A DNA stretch of 64,000 bases, from NCBI GenBank assembly GCA_038065255.1, contig JBBTRI010000004.1, positions 15,080 through 79,079 of the forward strand. The letters run 5' to 3'. Position numbers and translations under genes: made by a program. Origin of the DNA: Patescibacteria group bacterium (GTDB lineage: Bacteria > Patescibacteriota > Patescibacteriia > JACQRZ01). The stretch's first letter is position 1; every line of letters starts with the position of its first letter. Below, in pieces: positions 38,215-48,310 of the stretch. Below the pieces are notes generated by a model. It did not search any database and was not told where the DNA came from. It worked only from the letters and a program-made list of their open reading frames with translations.

Positions 38215-39801
38215 ACGGTACATCGGCCGTTTTTTTATTGATCTGCGCTTACGCTGAAAGGTAATGGCAAAGCGGTGCGCTTCGTCGCGCAAGCGCATGA
38301 GAAGCTGTAATGCCGCACTGCGGTTCGAAATACGCAGGGGTTTTGGCGCCCATGCGACATACACTTCCTCAAGTTTTTTTGCGAGTCCTATGGTTGGCAA
38401 TTCCAATTCGGCTTCCCGAAGTGCTTTTTTGGCGCTATTCAACTGCCCCCTTCCTCCGTCAATGACAAGAAGGTCGGGTTGCTGTTCCTTCCCTTCCTTA
38501 ATGCGTTTTGCAAAACGGGAAATCACCTCATGGATCATGGCAAAATCATTCATGCCTTCAACATTTTTTATTATAAATTTACGGTACCCTGATTTCACCG
38601 AATTGCCATTGACAAACTGCACGAGCGAACCAACGCTTTGGACACCTGATAACGTGGATATGTCAACACAATCAATGGTCATTGGCAAACGTTCGAGGCG
38701 CAACAATCTCTGCAATTCAACCAATTGGTCGCCATGCTCAGTGAGTTTCAGGGTAAGATTCTTTTTCACCATGTCCAGAAGCTTTTTCTTTATTCCTCTC
38801 TGCGGAACAATGCATTTGACTCCATGTCCGGTACGTACACTCAAATACTTTTCTAATTCCTTTCTGTTAACTGGTTCGCCCGGAATCACGATCTCATGCG
38901 GTATGGAACTTCCGATATAATACTGTTCAAGAAATGATTGGAAAATTTCACGTTCGGAAAGCGGATACTCGCCCAGTGAAAAACGAAATTCTTTTTTGCC
39001 CGATATTACACCTTTCTGAAAATGGAATACTTGTATCAACAACACATCGCCCGAAACAATATAATTGCATACATCTTGATTCAACTGTGATGGCCGGGCA
39101 ACTTTTTGCTGTTCAATACTTCGCAATGCCGCAATTTGATCACGATAGATTTTTGCTTTTTCAAAAAGCTGCTTATCTGCGGCATCTTCCATGCGACGCT
39201 GGAGTTGTGCGACAAGCTGCTTGAAGTCGCCACGCAAAAACGTTCGTGCACTTTCAATGCTCTGCCTGTATTCTTCGGGTTGTATCGCGCGTATGCATGC
39301 GCCGCTGCATATTCCCAAATGATAGCGAAAGCATGGTTTTCCCGTGTTTGGCTTTTTGCACAATAGAAATAACGAATATATAAGTCGCAGAGCTTCATTG
39401 CGCGCTGACGCAGAAACATAGGGACCAAAAAAATTCCCATCACGCGTCACTTTGCGCGCAATGACAAATCTTGGATACGATTCATGTGTTTCTTTGATAT
39501 ACGCATACCGCGTTCCCCCGCTTTGCAAATCGATGTTATATCGCGGATGATATTTCTGAATCAGCTGCGCTTCGAGTAAAAAACTTTCTGTTTCCGTATC
39601 CGTTGCTATAAAATCAATATCAGAAATTGCAGCTACAAGCGAAGTTGTTTTTTCATCACGCGCATGCATGTAGGAAGCAACTCGTTTTCTCAAGTCTTTT
39701 GCTTTGCCAACATAGATAATATGGCCTCCAGCATCTATCATGAGATAGCACCCGGGAGAATGGGGAATATGTTTACTTCTTATTAACAATACAAGTGACA
39801 T
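38209..39801 (-). CDS. uvrC: Excinuclease ABC subunit C (no C-terminal HhH)
   Basis: GIY-YIG (PGCY...IYVGKAKDLRKRV), FEKA..RD, DIS, IDGGRGQL, RDEAHRFA. Confidence 0.95.
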   Translation of the reverse strand: MSLVLLIRSKHIPHSPGCYLMIDAGGHIIYVGKAKDLRKRVASYMHARDEKTTSLVAAISDIDFIATDTETESFLLEAQLIQKYHPRYNIDLQSGGTRYAYIKETHESYPRFVIARKVTRDGNFFGPYVSASARNEALRLIYSLFLLCKKPNTGKPCFRYHLGICSGACIRAIQPEEYRQSIESARTFLRGDFKQLVAQLQRRMEDAADKQLFEKAKIYRDQIAALRSIEQQKVARPSQLNQDVCNYIVSGDVLLIQVFHFQKGVISGKKEFRFSLGEYPLSEREIFQSFLEQYYIGSSIPHEIVIPGEPVNRKELEKYLSVRTGHGVKCIVPQRGIKKKLLDMVKKNLTLKLTEHGDQLVELQRLLRLERLPMTIDCVDISTLSGVQSVGSLVQFVNGNSVKSGYRKFIIKNVEGMNDFAMIHEVISRFAKRIKEGKEQQPDLLVIDGGRGQLNSAKKALREAELELPTIGLAKKLEEVYVAWAPKPLRISNRSAALQLLMRLRDEAHRFAITFQRKRRSIKKRPMYRS

Positions 39802-39804
39802 GGA

Positions 39805-42594
39805 TTATTTTTTTAACGCGTGTTTCAAATACGTCCCAGTCCAGCTTTTTTCGACTCGCGCAATTTCTTCAGGTTTTCCTTTTGCAACAATTTCCCCTCC
39901 GCCCTTCCCGCCTTCGGGGCCTAAATCAATGATATAATCCGCCGTTTTGATAACATCGAGATTGTGTTCGATGACAATAACGGTATTCCCCTTCTCAACC
40001 AAGCGATTGAGTACATCAAGAAGCTTGCGAATATCTTCAAAGTGCAAACCTGTCGTTGGCTCGTCAAGAACATAAACGGTACGCCCCGTGTCACGACGAG
40101 AAAGTTCTGTTGCCAACTTGATGCGCTGTGCTTCGCCTCCTGACAGCGTTGTGGCGTTTTGTCCAAGCTGGATATAGCTCAAGCCGACATCATAGAGTGT
40201 TTGAAGTTTATTATGAATGCGGGGTATCGGCTTAAAAAATACCAATGCTTCTTCCACGCTCATTGCAAGAACATCGGCAATCGTTTTTTCTTTATACGTA
40301 ACGGAGAGCGTTTCATCGTCGTACCGCTTGCCATTGCACACATCGCAAGTAACATACACATCAGGTAAAAAATGCATCTCTATTTTTATAACGCCATCGC
40401 CTTCGCAATTGCCACACCGCCCTTCTGCAACATTAAAACTAAACCGTCCCGGCTGGTAGCCGCGCATTTTTGATTCTTTTGTCTCGGTAAACAAATCACG
40501 GATATACGTAAAAACACCTGTGTACGTAGCGGGATTTGATCGTGGTGTGCGGCCGATAGGATCCTGATCTATGATAATTGCTTTATCTATTTGATTAAGG
40601 CCTTCAATACGGTTGCATGGCGCGATTGCTTCGGGCGAGAAACCAAAATGTTTTGAAATGCCATTATAGAGCGTATCGTTTACCAGGGTACTCTTTCCAC
40701 TCCCCGACACTCCCGTTACACATGCAAAAACAGAAAGTGGAAAAGCCGCATCAATGGTTTTAAGATTATTACCGCTTGCACCTTTAACCGTAATATATCC
40801 GCGTGGAATGCGCCGACTAGTAGGCAAAGGTATACTGCTTTTCCCTGATAAGTAGCTGCCGGTAAGCGATTTTTTTGATCGTATGATTTCTTTTATACTC
40901 CCTTGCCCAACAATACTGCCGCCGTGCATACCAGCTCCCGGTCCAATATCTATGATGTGGTCGCTAGCTCGCATGGTTTCTTCGTCGTGTTCCACAACTA
41001 TTACCGTGTTCCCAATATCCCGCAATCCCTTGAGTGTAGCAATAAGTTTTGCATTATCACGCTGATGTAAGCCAATTGACGGCTCATCAAGAATATAAAG
41101 AACACCTCGCAATTCAGAACCGATTTGTGTAGCAAGATGAATACGCTGCGCCTCTCCACCGGAAAGCGTGCCTGCCATACGGCCAAGTGTAAGATATTCC
41201 AGTCCGACATTCAGAAGGAAGGTCAAACGATTTTGAATTTCTTTAAGCACCTGATGCGCTATTTTTTTCTGTGCCTCCGTTAATTCAAGTGAGAAAAGAA
41301 AATCGCTGCATTCTTTGATCGGCAAATCCGTAACATCAATAATCGACTTTGCATCAATCTTTACCGAAAGGCTTTCACTTCGCAAACGCTTGCCCTTACA
41401 TGAAGGACATTCAGTGTGTTTCAGGTAGCGCCCTATTCCTTCACGGCGTTCATCGGAGTCTGTTTTTGCATACATCCGCTTAAGTTGGGGTATGACACCT
41501 TCATACCCGCTTTCGTCATCCCCCCATAGAATCACGCGAATAGCATCTCTTGGGATGGACTTTATCGGCATGGTGATATCAATATGGTAATGCTTTGAGA
41601 TTGCGCGCAGAGTCGAGCGCGGCACCCAGAGCGTTGACGATTTCCATGGGGCTACACCTCCATCAAGAATCGATTTTGAAGTATCCGGTATGATCAGTTC
41701 TTCATCAAATTCTTGAATGGCACCGAGCCCATGGCATTCCTGGCATGCTCCTTGGGGGGCATTAAATGAAAACATGCGTGGACTCATTTCGGGAAAATTA
41801 ATACCGCAATCAACGCATGCCTTATGTTTGCTCAGCATCCGTTCTTCGATTTTTTTCTCTCCTTCTTTTTTTGTGATAAGAAGCAAGACAAATCCTCCAC
41901 CTTCTTTGAGCCCTGCTTCAAGCGCCTCGGCAATGCGTTGTTGCTCATCTTTATGGATATCAATGCGGTCTATGACTACCTCAATCGTATGTTGTGCGTA
42001 ACGTCTCAGTAAAATGGACTCTGTGTGAAGATTGTATACCACACCATCAACACGTACGCGTGTATAGCCTTGTTTTTTTAACTGTTCAAACAAATAATCA
42101 TAACTTCCCTTTTTACCGCGAATGATCGGTGCACAAATTTGTATACGCGTCCCTGCATATTCTTTAATAATATGTTTCACCATCGACTGCACATCCTGCG
42201 GGCGGATAACCTTGGCGCAATTTGGGCAGAAAGGCGTTCCAACATGCGCAAAGAGCAAGCGAAGGTAGTCATAGATTTCCGTGACGGTGCCGACTGTTGA
42301 TCGCGGATTATTTGAAAGTTTTTTCTGTTGGATTGCAATTGCAGGACTCAATCCCCTGATACTATCGACATCGGGTTTACCCATCACACCCAAAAACTGC
42401 CGCGCATAGGCAGAGAGGCTCTCAACATACCGCCGCTGCCCTTCCGCATAAAGCGTATCAAAAGCAAGGCTGCTCTTGCCGCTGCCGGAAAGTCCCGTGA
42501 TAACCGTTAGGGATTGGAGTGGGATATCAAGATTAATGTTTTTGAGATTGTGCTGGCGAGCACCGCGAATTTCAATTTGTTCCGATTTTTGCAT
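39805..42594 (-). CDS. uvrA: Excinuclease ABC subunit A
   Basis: GARQHNLKN, two ABC domains ([24 protein letters not shown]), Zn fingers. Confidence 0.99.
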   Translation of the reverse strand: MQKSEQIEIRGARQHNLKNINLDIPLQSLTVITGLSGSGKSSLAFDTLYAEGQRRYVESLSAYARQFLGVMGKPDVDSIRGLSPAIAIQQKKLSNNPRSTVGTVTEIYDYLRLLFAHVGTPFCPNCAKVIRPQDVQSMVKHIIKEYAGTRIQICAPIIRGKKGSYDYLFEQLKKQGYTRVRVDGVVYNLHTESILLRRYAQHTIEVVIDRIDIHKDEQQRIAEALEAGLKEGGGFVLLLITKKEGEKKIEERMLSKHKACVDCGINFPEMSPRMFSFNAPQGACQECHGLGAIQEFDEELIIPDTSKSILDGGVAPWKSSTLWVPRSTLRAISKHYHIDITMPIKSIPRDAIRVILWGDDESGYEGVIPQLKRMYAKTDSDERREGIGRYLKHTECPSCKGKRLRSESLSVKIDAKSIIDVTDLPIKECSDFLFSLELTEAQKKIAHQVLKEIQNRLTFLLNVGLEYLTLGRMAGTLSGGEAQRIHLATQIGSELRGVLYILDEPSIGLHQRDNAKLIATLKGLRDIGNTVIVVEHDEETMRASDHIIDIGPGAGMHGGSIVGQGSIKEIIRSKKSLTGSYLSGKSSIPLPTSRRIPRGYITVKGASGNNLKTIDAAFPLSVFACVTGVSGSGKSTLVNDTLYNGISKHFGFSPEAIAPCNRIEGLNQIDKAIIIDQDPIGRTPRSNPATYTGVFTYIRDLFTETKESKMRGYQPGRFSFNVAEGRCGNCEGDGVIKIEMHFLPDVYVTCDVCNGKRYDDETLSVTYKEKTIADVLAMSVEEALVFFKPIPRIHNKLQTLYDVGLSYIQLGQNATTLSGGEAQRIKLATELSRRDTGRTVYVLDEPTTGLHFEDIRKLLDVLNRLVEKGNTVIVIEHNLDVIKTADYIIDLGPEGGKGGGEIVAKGKPEEIARVEKSWTGTYLKHALKK

Positions 42595-42701
42595 AGGTAT
42601 TCTTTATTCACTCATTGCTTGTTTCCAGAGATAACGAGATACAAGCGTGGAAGTATAGTACCAGCATTTTAGGAAATAAAAAAGACCCTCATGGGGCCTT
42701 A

Positions 42702-44009
42702 TCACATAGCATCACTTTTTTTCAATCGTACTAGCGTCTTAAGAGTATTTTCCCATCCGGTTTCCCAATATCTACTCATGAAGTAGAGCATAGTATCTTT
42801 TTTTGAAAATGCAACTTGCGGAGCAAGAGCATTATCTACGCTCAAACTCCGAAATGGACCCGTCTTAAATGAAAACGTTTTTGTTGTCCATACTCGTTCT
42901 TTGGGTTTGGGAGCAAAAGCATAATAATGGATCCGTAGGATATAGTCAGGCTGCTCACTTTCAAGAAACAAGAGTCCGTCAGGAGAATATGTTAATGCAT
43001 TTTGGGCAGTAATCAATCCGCGAGGTGTCGGTGAAGAAACCCAGCTGCTTGGATGAACCCTAACTGGAGGGTATGGTATACCCGGTGTGCTACCTGATAT
43101 ACCAACAGTTCCATTTACATCTTCGGGCATGTCCTTCATCTGATAGACCCAAAATATACTTCTAGCTGAATCCAATCCTGATACAAGACCACTTCTATAT
43201 GTTTGGTAATCAAACCATGAGGGATCAATACTTGTCTGGTACAGCTTATTCAACCCCCACCATAAGTATTCAGACCAAGAGACGGGCAGGCTGGCATTCA
43301 AATCTTTGATGAAGTGCCAATAATCATTTTCCGCATCATACTCAAAGTATCCGGGAATTTCCCGACATCGGAGGTTTTGAGTGTCAAAGCATTTCAAGTT
43401 GTTCTGATTGTAGTAGTATTCATTTTTGTAATTCCTCCATGCTGCGATCATATTTCCGCTCTGCTGCTCTACACTCACCTGAACTGGGTACACAGCACCA
43501 TACATACCGTCATACGGTTTAATACCCGGCGGTCCCCTTCTCTCGCTAAAAGCGGGTACGCGATATTCTTCAAATCTTGGATCATCCGGTGATTTGACGA
43601 ATGTTGCAAGGGGAGTTGCGGCAGGAGTCGGAGTCCGAGTGGGCAGTGCTGATGGAGTTGGCGATGGAGACGCTGTGAGTATGGGGGTTGGAGTAGGTGG
43701 GGGTGTAACTATTGGCGAGGATGAAGACGTAGAGAGTGGTTGTGATATTGGCATGGGTGTAGCTATGGAAACTTCTGGTGGCAAATCAGCGGATGCTGTT
43801 GATTCAAATGGTGCGGAACTCGAAGCAGCGAATGGAGTAAAAAAAGTCTGCTGTTGGTCTGGTTGAGATACCGGGAATAGCTCTGGACGAGAAGTCTGGA
43901 TTGGCGATGCAATTGGTACAGAAGGGATTGATTCACGAATACTGCAAGATGCGGAAAGTGCAAGTGATGTTATCAATGAACAATACCTGAATCGTTGAAC
44001 ACTATTCAT
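42702..44009 (-). CDS. Putative exported or lipo-protein with a Pro/Ser/Thr-rich linker
   Basis: LALSASC (imperfect lipobox), long PST stalk, aromatic-rich C-terminal domain; terminator-like hairpin at about 42679-42700. Confidence 0.7.
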   Translation of the reverse strand: MNSVQRFRYCSLITSLALSASCSIRESIPSVPIASPIQTSRPELFPVSQPDQQQTFFTPFAASSSAPFESTASADLPPEVSIATPMPISQPLSTSSSSPIVTPPPTPTPILTASPSPTPSALPTRTPTPAATPLATFVKSPDDPRFEEYRVPAFSERRGPPGIKPYDGMYGAVYPVQVSVEQQSGNMIAAWRNYKNEYYYNQNNLKCFDTQNLRCREIPGYFEYDAENDYWHFIKDLNASLPVSWSEYLWWGLNKLYQTSIDPSWFDYQTYRSGLVSGLDSARSIFWVYQMKDMPEDVNGTVGISGSTPGIPYPPVRVHPSSWVSSPTPRGLITAQNALTYSPDGLLFLESEQPDYILRIHYYAFAPKPKERVWTTKTFSFKTGPFRSLSVDNALAPQVAFSKKDTMLYFMSRYWETGWENTLKTLVRLKKSDAM

Positions 44010-44071
44010 GGTTTCATATGAAGTATATACCAAATACTACATTCGGAAAACGTAATAAACCCTAACAATAC

Positions 44072-46000
44072 TTACGCCTTACTCCTCTTTGCTATTTCAT
44101 CTCGAAGCTCGATAGCTTTTTCAAAGTCAAGCTGCTCAACGCTTTGTTGCATCTCCTGCTGAAGAATAGCAAGGGATTTGAGTGCGTGGACGTCTTTCTT
44201 TTTGAAATCCTGTCCGGGAGCAATATCTCCTTCAATCGCACGTTTAATACTGCGAGGAGTAATGCTGTGTTTTTTATTATATTTTTCTTGCAGAGTACGG
44301 CGACGATCCGTTTCTGCACATGCCTGCTTGATTGAATTCGTCAGCACATCGGCATAGAGTATGACGTACGAGTCCACATTGCGTGCTGCCCTGCCAATCG
44401 TCTGAATAAGGCTTGTGGTATTCCGCAAAAAACCCTCCTTATCTGCATCGAGAATTGCTACCAACCCAACTTCAGGGATATCCAATCCTTCTCGCAACAG
44501 ATTGATGCCAACCAATACATCAAAAACACCTTGACGCAATTGTTTAATAAGCGCTGTGCGATCGAGTGTATCCACCTCGCTATGCATATAGCGCGCTTTA
44601 ATGTCATGCTCCACAAGATATTCAGTGAGCTCTTCGGCTGAGCGCTTGGTGAGTGTTGTCACAAGTATGCGATGCCCCATCTTCGTCACTTTTGTGATCT
44701 CACCCATAACATCCTGGATTGAACCCTTCATGGGACGAATTTCAACAGGGGGGTCTACAAGCCCCGTAGGGCGCACAATAAGCTCAACTGTCTGTCCTGC
44801 ATGAATCGCCTCATATTCCGCCGGAGTTGCACTCACAAATATTCCGTGTTCAAGGTACTTCTCGAATTCCTGAAATTTCAATGGACGATTATCCAGAGCG
44901 CTCGGCAGGCGAAATCCGTAATCTACAAGATTTTTCTTTCGAGAATAATCACCCCCATACATGCCGCGTATTTGAGGAATTGTCACATGACTTTCATCAA
45001 TCATAATTAAAAATTCTTTTGAAAAAGGGCTGTGTTTAAAAAAATCCAACAAGCACGACGGCGGCTCACCTGATGCCCTCCCATCAAAATGGCGGGAATA
45101 ATTCTCAATACCTTTACAATAGCCAAGCTGCTCCATCATCTCAAGATCATAGTTGGTGCGTTGTTCAAGCCGGTGCGCTTCTAACATGCCGAGTTTGGGA
45201 AGCTGTTCTACGAGTTCTTGGTGAATTGATTGAATAGCACGCTTGCGCTTCTCTTCCGGTGCAATAAACGGCTTGGCGGGAAACAAAAGCGCATGAGAAA
45301 GAGATTCAAGTAGAGTACCGTGAAGTGCATGCACCAAAGAAATTGATTCAATGACATCACCATCAAGGGTGAAGCGAAAAAGATCGCCACCTGCTCCTTG
45401 CATAACATCAACGGTATCTCCCCGCACACGAAATCGTCCAGGAACAAGCTCAAGATCGTTCCGTTCATAAAGCAAATCCACCAGGCGTTGCATGAATGCA
45501 CGCCGTGATATACTCTCTCCCGTAGTGACATCATAGGTACTCTGATGAAAATCAATTGGATCGCCAAATCCATAGATACATGAAACAGAGGCGACAACAA
45601 TGACGTCCTTGCGGGACATAAGCGCAACAGCTGCCTCCATACGCAATCGTTCGATCGTTTCATTAATCTGCGTTTCTTTTTCAATATACGTATCCGTTTG
45701 CGGCATATAACTCTCCGGCTGATAGTAGTCATAGTACGACACAAAGTAACACACGCTGTTTTGGGGGAAAAATGCCTTGAATTCAGTATACAATTGCGCA
45801 GCAAGTGTTTTGTTGTGGGCTATCACGAGCGTAGGAATCTGTAAACGTTCAATGACATTTGCAATTGCGAATGTTTTACCCGAACCCGTGACACCAAGAA
45901 GCGTTTGAGTGGGATACGATGAAAAACCATCCGAGAGTTGCTGGATGGCTTTGGGCTGATCGCCCGAAGGCTTGAAATCTGATACAAGACTGAATTTCAT
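44072..46000 (-). CDS. uvrB: Excinuclease ABC subunit B
   Basis: GVTGSGKT, YYDYYQPE, DESH, GINLLREGLD, QTIGRAAR, FEKAIELRD. Confidence 0.99.
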   Translation of the reverse strand: MKFSLVSDFKPSGDQPKAIQQLSDGFSSYPTQTLLGVTGSGKTFAIANVIERLQIPTLVIAHNKTLAAQLYTEFKAFFPQNSVCYFVSYYDYYQPESYMPQTDTYIEKETQINETIERLRMEAAVALMSRKDVIVVASVSCIYGFGDPIDFHQSTYDVTTGESISRRAFMQRLVDLLYERNDLELVPGRFRVRGDTVDVMQGAGGDLFRFTLDGDVIESISLVHALHGTLLESLSHALLFPAKPFIAPEEKRKRAIQSIHQELVEQLPKLGMLEAHRLEQRTNYDLEMMEQLGYCKGIENYSRHFDGRASGEPPSCLLDFFKHSPFSKEFLIMIDESHVTIPQIRGMYGGDYSRKKNLVDYGFRLPSALDNRPLKFQEFEKYLEHGIFVSATPAEYEAIHAGQTVELIVRPTGLVDPPVEIRPMKGSIQDVMGEITKVTKMGHRILVTTLTKRSAEELTEYLVEHDIKARYMHSEVDTLDRTALIKQLRQGVFDVLVGINLLREGLDIPEVGLVAILDADKEGFLRNTTSLIQTIGRAARNVDSYVILYADVLTNSIKQACAETDRRRTLQEKYNKKHSITPRSIKRAIEGDIAPGQDFKKKDVHALKSLAILQQEMQQSVEQLDFEKAIELRDEIAKRSKA

Positions 46001-46010
46001 CTGGGAACGG

Positions 46011-46211
46011 TTATTTCTTTCTGTTCTTTTTAACGCGAATGCGTATTTCCGGCAAGAGCGAGGGAGGCATACCCTCGTAATTCTTATTCACCTGAGCGCG
46101 TTTAGCCTGTGCAGCCCATGATCCCCCCGTTGGGCCCTGCTGCTCCTTTTTCCGCATTTTTTCGCGCTTTTCACCTTTTGTATCTGGATTAAATTCATCC
46201 GGTCGTTTCAT
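46011..46211 (-). CDS. Small basic hypothetical protein
   Basis: 66-aa Lys/Arg-rich ORF ending 10 nt before uvrB. Confidence 0.45.
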   Translation of the reverse strand: MKRPDEFNPDTKGEKREKMRKKEQQGPTGGSWAAQAKRAQVNKNYEGMPPSLLPEIRIRVKKNRKK

Positions 46212-46270
46212 ATATAGGCAGTATATCACTCTCCCTTGACAATTCCATCATGCCATGAAAAACTAGCATC

Positions 46271-47002
46271 ATGTCCCTTGAAGAAAGCTCTTCAGAATGG
46301 ATGCGAATCAAAAAGTTTCTTGCCCACACCGCACGAGAGACCGGGCAGCGTCTCGGATGGAGCGAAGTAGCATTGCACACAGAGAATCAAGACCTCAGAA
46401 TCCAATTCGCAAACCTTCCTGATAACGGCGTTGCGGATCATCAAAAAGGCACCTACTATTCGAAACTCTTCCATACTGATGGCTGGTATAGGAACGACGA
46501 ACAGGGAGCGCATCTTGTAAGCTATGGCAATGGAGCAAATTACCTACCTCATGGATACCCATCCATCGCCGGCGTCCTCTTCTTTGCGTTCGGAGATGCT
46601 CGGAGTATTATAGTCCCCGGCGCCAAAGTCAAGCGTACAGCGCGCAAGAAACGCCAAAATGAACCGACTGATATTTTGACGCAAAGCCGCTATCAACATG
46701 GAATCGTGCTCTACGGACTTGCAGATGGAGTTCTGACACTTTCCGATGAACATCCGTTTTATCCGGCAACACTTCTCTTTCTGCAAACGCATTTGAACAC
46801 GTATCGCCGCGTGATCGACCATGCGCTTCCCGGCGTTGTATTCCCTGAAGACCAGAAAGTTGCTCGTGTTCAAGAGTTTCAATATCACCAGGAGTTTGTG
46901 CCACTCCTCGCAGAGCATCTTGTTACCCAAGTTATTTGTTCCACCGAAGGAACACTAATACGACAGGAACCTGTCCTACGACTTGTCACCTCGACCCAAT
47001 AA
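46271..47002 (+). CDS. Hypothetical protein
   Basis: 243 aa; TTGACA at 46236; terminator GACCCAAT/ATTGGGTC at 46993-47012. Confidence 0.65.
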   Translation: MSLEESSSEWMRIKKFLAHTARETGQRLGWSEVALHTENQDLRIQFANLPDNGVADHQKGTYYSKLFHTDGWYRNDEQGAHLVSYGNGANYLPHGYPSIAGVLFFAFGDARSIIVPGAKVKRTARKKRQNEPTDILTQSRYQHGIVLYGLADGVLTLSDEHPFYPATLLFLQTHLNTYRRVIDHALPGVVFPEDQKVARVQEFQYHQEFVPLLAEHLVTQVICSTEGTLIRQEPVLRLVTSTQ

Positions 47003-47030
47003 AGATTGGGTCATTTTTTATGCCGTACTC

Positions 47031-47059
47031 TTGACATTTCTGTCAAAAATGCATATACT
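47031..47059 (+). promoter_or_regulatory. Sigma70 promoter with a palindromic -35 region
   Basis: TTGACA-17-TATACT ending 7 nt before ATG 47067; TTGACA-tttc-TGTCAA inverted repeat. Confidence 0.7.
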
Positions 47060-47066
47060 GCCGCGT

Positions 47067-47525
47067 ATGGCACAACCAAGCCGTGTAACACCAATAGATC
47101 CTTCAAAACGAGAATTAAAAACAAACGATACGCCTCTAGTAGCACCTCGGGAATACCATAACCCACTTGAAGGCCTTTCTCATCCGGTTGTAGTCGGCAC
47201 TCTGCTTGCATCTGGAGAAGTCATGGCATTTTTGGGAATATTCTTTGGACTTCGCCTTACCCTTGCAGGGCTCTACGTGATCAGCATTATCCTCCTTGCA
47301 ACACGCATATGGAGTGAGTCGAAAAACACACATCAGCTACTTGATGGCGAATATGCATGGATTGTCCGTCTTCTGGTTGTTATAGTGGGCTTTACATTCG
47401 TAGAGATCGGGATGACTATGAGTTTATCGTGGCAGGGATATGCCACGCAAGTCTTCGGCTTTTCGATCCCATTAGCCTATACTACACTTCTACTCTATCT
47501 CAAAAAGAAAGCGGAAGTGAGCTAA
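47067..47525 (+). CDS. Hypothetical membrane protein (about 4 TM)
   Basis: Hydrophobic segments; terminator AAGCCC/GGGCTT with a T-run at 47524-47549. Confidence 0.65.
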   Translation: MAQPSRVTPIDPSKRELKTNDTPLVAPREYHNPLEGLSHPVVVGTLLASGEVMAFLGIFFGLRLTLAGLYVISIILLATRIWSESKNTHQLLDGEYAWIVRLLVVIVGFTFVEIGMTMSLSWQGYATQVFGFSIPLAYTTLLLYLKKKAEVS

Positions 47526-47530
47526 GCCCC

Positions 47531-48310
47531 TTACCGGGCTTCTTTTTTTGCAATCAAACAGATATTCTCGGCATTCCACCAGTGAGCTCGTTTCCCTTTC
47601 AGAGAATAATAGCAATCAAGCACAGTAAAACCGCTTTTTAAGCACAGTGCGACAAGCTCGTTGCAGCGAAAGCTATAATAGTACAATGGAGCCGATAGAA
47701 TGCCGGACTTCCATGTCGTCAATAAATCCCTCCACGAAAGATCCCTATAGTCGACACCAAATGCTCGTTGGTATGATCCAGGATCCAGAAGCGAGCGTTC
47801 AAGCGCATATTTCCAAACGCTTTTTTTCTGGAGAGTTGCCCTCCATAAATTCCATGCGGTAAGAAAAAGTGTTCCCTCACTTTTCAAAAAAAGATGCATC
47901 TGAGACAGAGCCTGCATGCGCAATTGCTCCGAGGGCGCATGATGGAGAACCGCAATGGAGAAAATAACATCAAAATGCCTACCTTCAAGTTCTTTTATTG
48001 TATTGAGTGTAAGCATGTCACCGCAATAAAATTCCTTAGTATGATCATTACTAAATCGCTTGCGTGCATCATGTATAAATGATTCATTCAAATCTATGCC
48101 TGTATACTGAATACTATGGGTAGTAAACAATTCTGCCGTTCTCCCATTCCCACACCCAACATCAAGCACACTCATACCATCCTTTACAATCGTGCGCAAT
48201 GGAGTACAATCATCCCACGAAAAGCGGCGCGTAGCACTAAATGGCTTGGCAATAGTGTGGTAACCTTCTTTGGTAAGCACATAGAGATTTTGCGCCGTCT
48301 TATCATTCAT
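47531..48310 (-). CDS. Class I SAM methyltransferase, Trm9/ALKBH8-like
   Basis: Y..IA..FSATR..SW, VLDVGCGNGR, FDVIFSIAVLHH.PS...R..AL, LK..G..FLTAW, YYY.F...EL. Confidence 0.75.
   Translation of the reverse strand: MNDKTAQNLYVLTKEGYHTIAKPFSATRRFSWDDCTPLRTIVKDGMSVLDVGCGNGRTAELFTTHSIQYTGIDLNESFIHDARKRFSNDHTKEFYCGDMLTLNTIKELEGRHFDVIFSIAVLHHAPSEQLRMQALSQMHLFLKSEGTLFLTAWNLWRATLQKKSVWKYALERSLLDPGSYQRAFGVDYRDLSWRDLLTTWKSGILSAPLYYYSFRCNELVALCLKSGFTVLDCYYSLKGKRAHWWNAENICLIAKKEAR

Noticed and set aside
48116-48310. 65-aa N-terminal extension of Elp3
   Set aside because: It is antisense to the methyltransferase coding region; Elp3-like sequence fits a start at 48311.
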